DNA of 64,000 nt from an uncultured Alphaproteobacteria bacterium (GTDB taxonomy: Bacteria > Pseudomonadota > Alphaproteobacteria > HIMB59 > GCA-002718135), in assembly GCA_902620285.1 (NCBI GenBank), contig CACNHT010000005.1, forward strand, positions 2,663-66,662, in the 5' to 3' direction. Below are positions 60,105 through 64,000 of the stretch, piece by piece. Position 1 is the stretch's first letter. Each line of letters starts with the position of its first letter. A program made the translations under genes and the position numbers. Under the pieces are notes generated by a model. That model was not told the DNA's origin. It saw only the letters and a program-made list of their open reading frames with translations, and made no database searches.

Positions 60105-61001
60105 ATGGCTCTCCCAAGTTACGCATCACCAGTTCAAAGAACATACTATTACTTTTATTTATTTTTTTGCACTGTAGTTTTCTTCTTTTTAATAGCACCA
60201 CTATTTGCAATTATTCCAATATCTTTCAGCGTTTCACCTTTTATGGTTTTTACAGAAGGAATGCTGGCTTGGCCCCCTGATCCTGAAGCTTGGTCGATAA
60301 GATGGTATAAAAATATGATTGGTGATTGTAGTGCTGACGTCGTTTCATCCACAGTTCCATGTTCAACAAAGTGGATGGTTGGTACAGTAAATAGTTTTTA
60401 TATAGGTATTATTGCAACTGTTATTGCTACAGCTTTAGGAACACTGGCAGCTCTTGGTTTAAGTAGACCACATATGCCATATAAAGGTTTGATAATGGCA
60501 ATATTAATTTCACCAATGATTGTTCCACTAATTATAACAGCCGCAGGAATGTTCTTCTTCTATGCAAGAATAAATCTTGTTTATACTTTCACAGGTGTAA
60601 TTCTTGCACATGTTGCTCTTGCCACACCTTTTGTAGTAATCACTGTAACGGCAACATTAGTTGGTTTTGATATGAATATGGTAAAAGCAGCTCAAAGCTT
60701 AGGCGCTAAACCAATGAGAACTTTTTTTAAAGTCATTATGCCATTGATTTTACCAGGTATTATATCAGGAGCTTTATTTGCTTTTATTACATCGTTTGAT
60801 GAAGTTGTTATAGTTATGTTTATGGCTAGTATTGATCAGTTAACTATTCCAAAACAAATGTGGGCCGGAATACGACAAGAAATTAGCCCTGTTATTTTAT
60901 GTATGGCTACTTGTTTAGTGCTTCTTTCTATATTTTTATTAACTACAGTTGAGCTACTTAGAAGAAGGTCTGAAAAACTCAGAGGTATTAAAGCTCGATA
61001 G
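60105..61001 (+). CDS. ABC transporter permease (PotC family)
   Basis: SPMIVP.II, AAQSLGA, GALFAFITSFDEVV. Confidence 0.94.
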   Translation: MALPSYASPVQRTYYYFYLFFCTVVFFFLIAPLFAIIPISFSVSPFMVFTEGMLAWPPDPEAWSIRWYKNMIGDCSADVVSSTVPCSTKWMVGTVNSFYIGIIATVIATALGTLAALGLSRPHMPYKGLIMAILISPMIVPLIITAAGMFFFYARINLVYTFTGVILAHVALATPFVVITVTATLVGFDMNMVKAAQSLGAKPMRTFFKVIMPLILPGIISGALFAFITSFDEVVIVMFMASIDQLTIPKQMWAGIRQEISPVILCMATCLVLLSIFLLTTVELLRRRSEKLRGIKAR

Positions 61002-61005
61002 AACA

Positions 61006-62235
61006 GTGAAGAACATTGCTGTTATTGGAGCTGGCATAGTTGGTATATGTAGCGCATATTTTTTAAAAAAATCTGGATTTAATGTAACTTTAATTGACAG
61101 GGAGCAGCCTGGCTCAATGACAAGTTTTGGTCATGCTTGTACTTTTGCAGACTATGCAAATGTTCCTGTAAATTATCCTGGATTGATTTGGGATATACCA
61201 TCAATGCTCTTAAGAAAAGATGGACCTTTGGCAGTTGATTTTTTTTATATTTTAAAGAACTTGCCTTGGGCAATAAGTTTTTTAAAAAACTGTAAAAAAG
61301 AAAAAGTTAATGAAATAGCAAACTCTCTTACCAACTTATTAAAACACTCTCAAATATCTTACGATGAAATTTTTCAAGAAGTAAACGTAAAAGAATATAT
61401 TAGCTATGAAGAAAATCTTTACCTTTTTGATTCAAAAAAATCTTATGAAAATTATGAATACGCAAACATTATTAGAAAAAATAATAACGTTAAAGTAAGA
61501 AATTTAAATAAAGATGAAGTTAAAGAATTAGAACCAAATTTAGCTGATGTTTATTATTCTGGGCAAGTCTTTACTGGATCAAGACACACAACAAATCCAT
61601 TAGCAATAAGTACTAAGATTTTTAAAAAGTTTTTAGAACTAGGCGGTATATATATAAATCAAAATATAAAAAATTTAACACAGAAAGAAAAAAATATAGA
61701 ATTATTTTTAGAAAATAAAAAACTTAAATTTGATAAAATAATTGTAAGTGCTGGTGCTTGGTCTAATCAAATTGCAAATAAGCTTGGAGATAAATTCCCT
61801 CTTGATACCGAAAGAGGGTATCACCTTTTATTTGAAACTGAAGAGAAATTAATAAATCGTCCCGTTGCTTGGTCTGAGTCTGGATTTTACTTAATACAAA
61901 TTCATGATGGTATAAGAGCTGCTGGTACAGTTGAGATAGCAGGTTTAAATAAACCACCCAATAAAAAACGTCTTGAAATGATAGAGAGACAATCAAGAAA
62001 GGTTTTGCCCCAATTAAAAGAAGTAAGATCAACATGGATGGGTAGAAGGCCTACCTTACCAGACTCATTACCTGTTATTGGAAAATCTCAGAAAAATAAT
62101 AATGTCATTTATGCATTTGGACATCAACATATTGGCTGGACTTTAGGAGCTGTTACGGGAAAAATTATTGATAGTTTATCAAAAGATCAACTGCCGAATA
62201 TAGATATTAGCGCTTATTCTCCTGGCCGATTTTAA
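61006..62235 (+). CDS. FAD-dependent D-amino acid dehydrogenase family (DadA-like)
   Basis: IAVIGAGIVG, TSFGHA, AGAWS, ERGYH, WMGRRPTLPDSLPVIG, FGHQHIGWTLG. Start moved to GTG 61006. Confidence 0.88.
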   Translation: MKNIAVIGAGIVGICSAYFLKKSGFNVTLIDREQPGSMTSFGHACTFADYANVPVNYPGLIWDIPSMLLRKDGPLAVDFFYILKNLPWAISFLKNCKKEKVNEIANSLTNLLKHSQISYDEIFQEVNVKEYISYEENLYLFDSKKSYENYEYANIIRKNNNVKVRNLNKDEVKELEPNLADVYYSGQVFTGSRHTTNPLAISTKIFKKFLELGGIYINQNIKNLTQKEKNIELFLENKKLKFDKIIVSAGAWSNQIANKLGDKFPLDTERGYHLLFETEEKLINRPVAWSESGFYLIQIHDGIRAAGTVEIAGLNKPPNKKRLEMIERQSRKVLPQLKEVRSTWMGRRPTLPDSLPVIGKSQKNNNVIYAFGHQHIGWTLGAVTGKIIDSLSKDQLPNIDISAYSPGRF

Positions 62236-63665
62236 CCTAAACTAATACCAACATTTTTGACTTGAAGATAAGATTTAAGTCCATCTACTCCTTTTTCACG
62301 GCTATATCCTGATTGTTTATAACCTCCAAAAGGTGTTGCATGATTTCCAGTGAACCATTTATTTACATATACTTGACCAGCTTCTAATTTGCTTGCAGTC
62401 CAAGATGCTTTTTTAAGATCTTTTGTAAAAACTCCAGCACCTAAACCATACTCAGTATCATTCGCAATATCAATTGCTTCTTCTTGATCTTCATATTCAA
62501 GAACTGAGAGTACCGGACCAAAAATTTCTTCTCTGGCTACAGTCATACTTTGTTTAACATTGTTTAGAACCGTTGGTTCCATAAAATATCCATCACGTTC
62601 TAATCTTTTTCCTCCATATGCTGCTTCTGCTCCTTCTTGGATTCCTGATCTTGCATAACCTTCAACTTTTTGAAGCTGATTTTCTGATATAACTGGAGTT
62701 AGGTCTGTATCTTTTTCTATACCAGGTCCAATTTTTAACGATTTACTCATATCAACAAGCTTATCAACTAATTCATCTTTGATTGATTTATGAACTACCA
62801 ATCTAGACATCGCTGTACAAATTTGTCCTGCAACACTAAATATTCCTGAACGTGCACTCTCTAAAACTTCATTTAGATCTGCGTCAGGGTATACTATACC
62901 AGCTGACTTACCACCTAATTCAACTACAGCAGGTATAGCTTTGTCAGCACAAGCATGAAGTATCTTTTTTCCAGTTGCAACTGAGCCTGTAAATACTACG
63001 TGATTTACATCTTCATGAGATACAAGATAAGATCCTGCTTCATTCCCATATCCACAAATTATGTTTATTAATCCTTCAGGTACTCCAGCATTTTGTATTG
63101 CTTTAGCAAAAACTGTTGCTGACAAGGGGGTTAATTCTGCAGTTTTTATTATTGTTGAATTTCCTGTAGCAAAAGAACATGACAGTGATCTTCCAATCAT
63201 TGATAATGGAAAATTCCATGGCACAACATGTGCTGATACACCAAATGGTTCTAAAACTGTGTAATCAAAAACATTTTTTGCAACAGGTATTGTTTTACCC
63301 TCAAGTTTATCTGTTAAACCTGCATAATAATCAAACATATCTGCTACATCATTGAATTCTTTAATTGCTGAAGCGATATTTTTTCCATTTTCATAACAAA
63401 GAAGCTCACCACCTTCTTTTGAAACCTTTCTTGTCTCTTCTGCAATTTTTCTCATTAGTTTCGCTCTTGAAAGTAAAGGCATATCTACAAGTACTCTGCT
63501 GTTATAAGAATTTTTAGCTGCTTCAACCGCAAGATCAACTTCATTTTTTTTTGCACATGAAATTTCGCCAATGATTTTACCATTTGAAGGATCATCAACC
63601 TTTATTGTTTCTTTGGACTCACTTTCAATCCATTTATTATTTATAAAATTCTTATATTTTTCCAT
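62232..63665 (-). CDS. NAD-dependent aldehyde dehydrogenase
   Basis: VPWNFP, FTGSVATG, ELGGKS, AGQICTA, EEIFGPV, PFGGYKQSGYSREKG. Confidence 0.93.
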   Translation of the reverse strand: MEKYKNFINNKWIESESKETIKVDDPSNGKIIGEISCAKKNEVDLAVEAAKNSYNSRVLVDMPLLSRAKLMRKIAEETRKVSKEGGELLCYENGKNIASAIKEFNDVADMFDYYAGLTDKLEGKTIPVAKNVFDYTVLEPFGVSAHVVPWNFPLSMIGRSLSCSFATGNSTIIKTAELTPLSATVFAKAIQNAGVPEGLINIICGYGNEAGSYLVSHEDVNHVVFTGSVATGKKILHACADKAIPAVVELGGKSAGIVYPDADLNEVLESARSGIFSVAGQICTAMSRLVVHKSIKDELVDKLVDMSKSLKIGPGIEKDTDLTPVISENQLQKVEGYARSGIQEGAEAAYGGKRLERDGYFMEPTVLNNVKQSMTVAREEIFGPVLSVLEYEDQEEAIDIANDTEYGLGAGVFTKDLKKASWTASKLEAGQVYVNKWFTGNHATPFGGYKQSGYSREKGVDGLKSYLQVKNVGISLG

Positions 63666-63749
63666 TTTCTGCGTTTTTTAATCAATTATTTTTGTTTCAT
63701 TCTTTATCATTTAGGATATGAAAATGATACAAATTTAATTTTAAGAAAC

Positions 63750-64000
63750 ATGAGTATTACATTTAATCAGTTAAAAAAACTAATAACAAAAAAACAAATA
63801 GATACAGTTTTAGTTTGCGTATCAGATATGCAAGGTAGACTAAATGGTAAAAGAGTTACCGGAAAAGCTTTTATTGATTATGTTTATAAAGAAACGCATA
63901 TGTGCGATTATCTCTATACCGTTGATATGGATATGTTTACTGTACCCGGATATAAATCTTCTTCATGGGAAACGGGTTATGGAGATATGACTGTAATTCC
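63750..64000 (+). CDS. Glutamine synthetase-like gamma-glutamyl ligase (GlnA4/PuuA type), runs off the right edge of the window
   Basis: Manual translation MSITFNQLKKL...IDTVLVCVSDMQGRLNGKR...HMCDYLYTVDMDM.TVPGY..SSWETGYGD; the frame is open to the window end. Not in the ORF track. Confidence 0.85.
   Translation, partial: MSITFNQLKKLITKKQIDTVLVCVSDMQGRLNGKRVTGKAFIDYVYKETHMCDYLYTVDMDMFTVPGYKSSSWETGYGDMTVI

Noticed and set aside
1-64000. CRISPR arrays, IS elements, prophage, rRNA, recoded stop codons
   Set aside because: No spaced direct repeats, transposase/integrase motifs or rRNA-like segments were seen. TGA, TAA and TAG all end conserved genes at their expected lengths.

Overview
This is a very AT-rich, densely packed chromosomal window from a streamlined marine alphaproteobacterium. 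It looks SAR11-like in composition, but a 25-aa RpoB insertion points to a Rhodospirillales-allied lineage such as HIMB59/AEGEAN-169 (inference). Bases 1-29.6 kb hold the core translation/transcription supercluster: rlmB, tRNA-Tyr/Gly, the only tuf in the window, tRNA-Trp, secE-nusG-rplKAJL-rpoBC, the str genes without tufA, and the S10-spc-alpha genes without rpmD. Bases 29.6-36.8 kb hold housekeeping genes: fluC, a RluA-family synthase, lipB, tRNA-Leu, mgtE, gshAB, bioY and a ROK kinase. Bases 36.8-64 kb form a catabolic region for nitrogenous osmolytes with no regulator gene. It contains (i) an unusual amidinotransferase-eutABC-PLP enzyme-M20-metal-free M24-Ser/Cys proline racemase operon, (ii) a soxBDAG/mgdABCD-like oxidase, (iii) a DUF3726 + conserved hypothetical + atypical M19 dipeptidase module resembling homarine-type catabolic genes, and (iv) a PotABCD-type ABC importer, a DadA-like oxidase, an ALDH and a GlnA4-like ligase. 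No mobile elements, CRISPR arrays or rRNA were seen. All calls come from motif recognition by eye; no database search was run.
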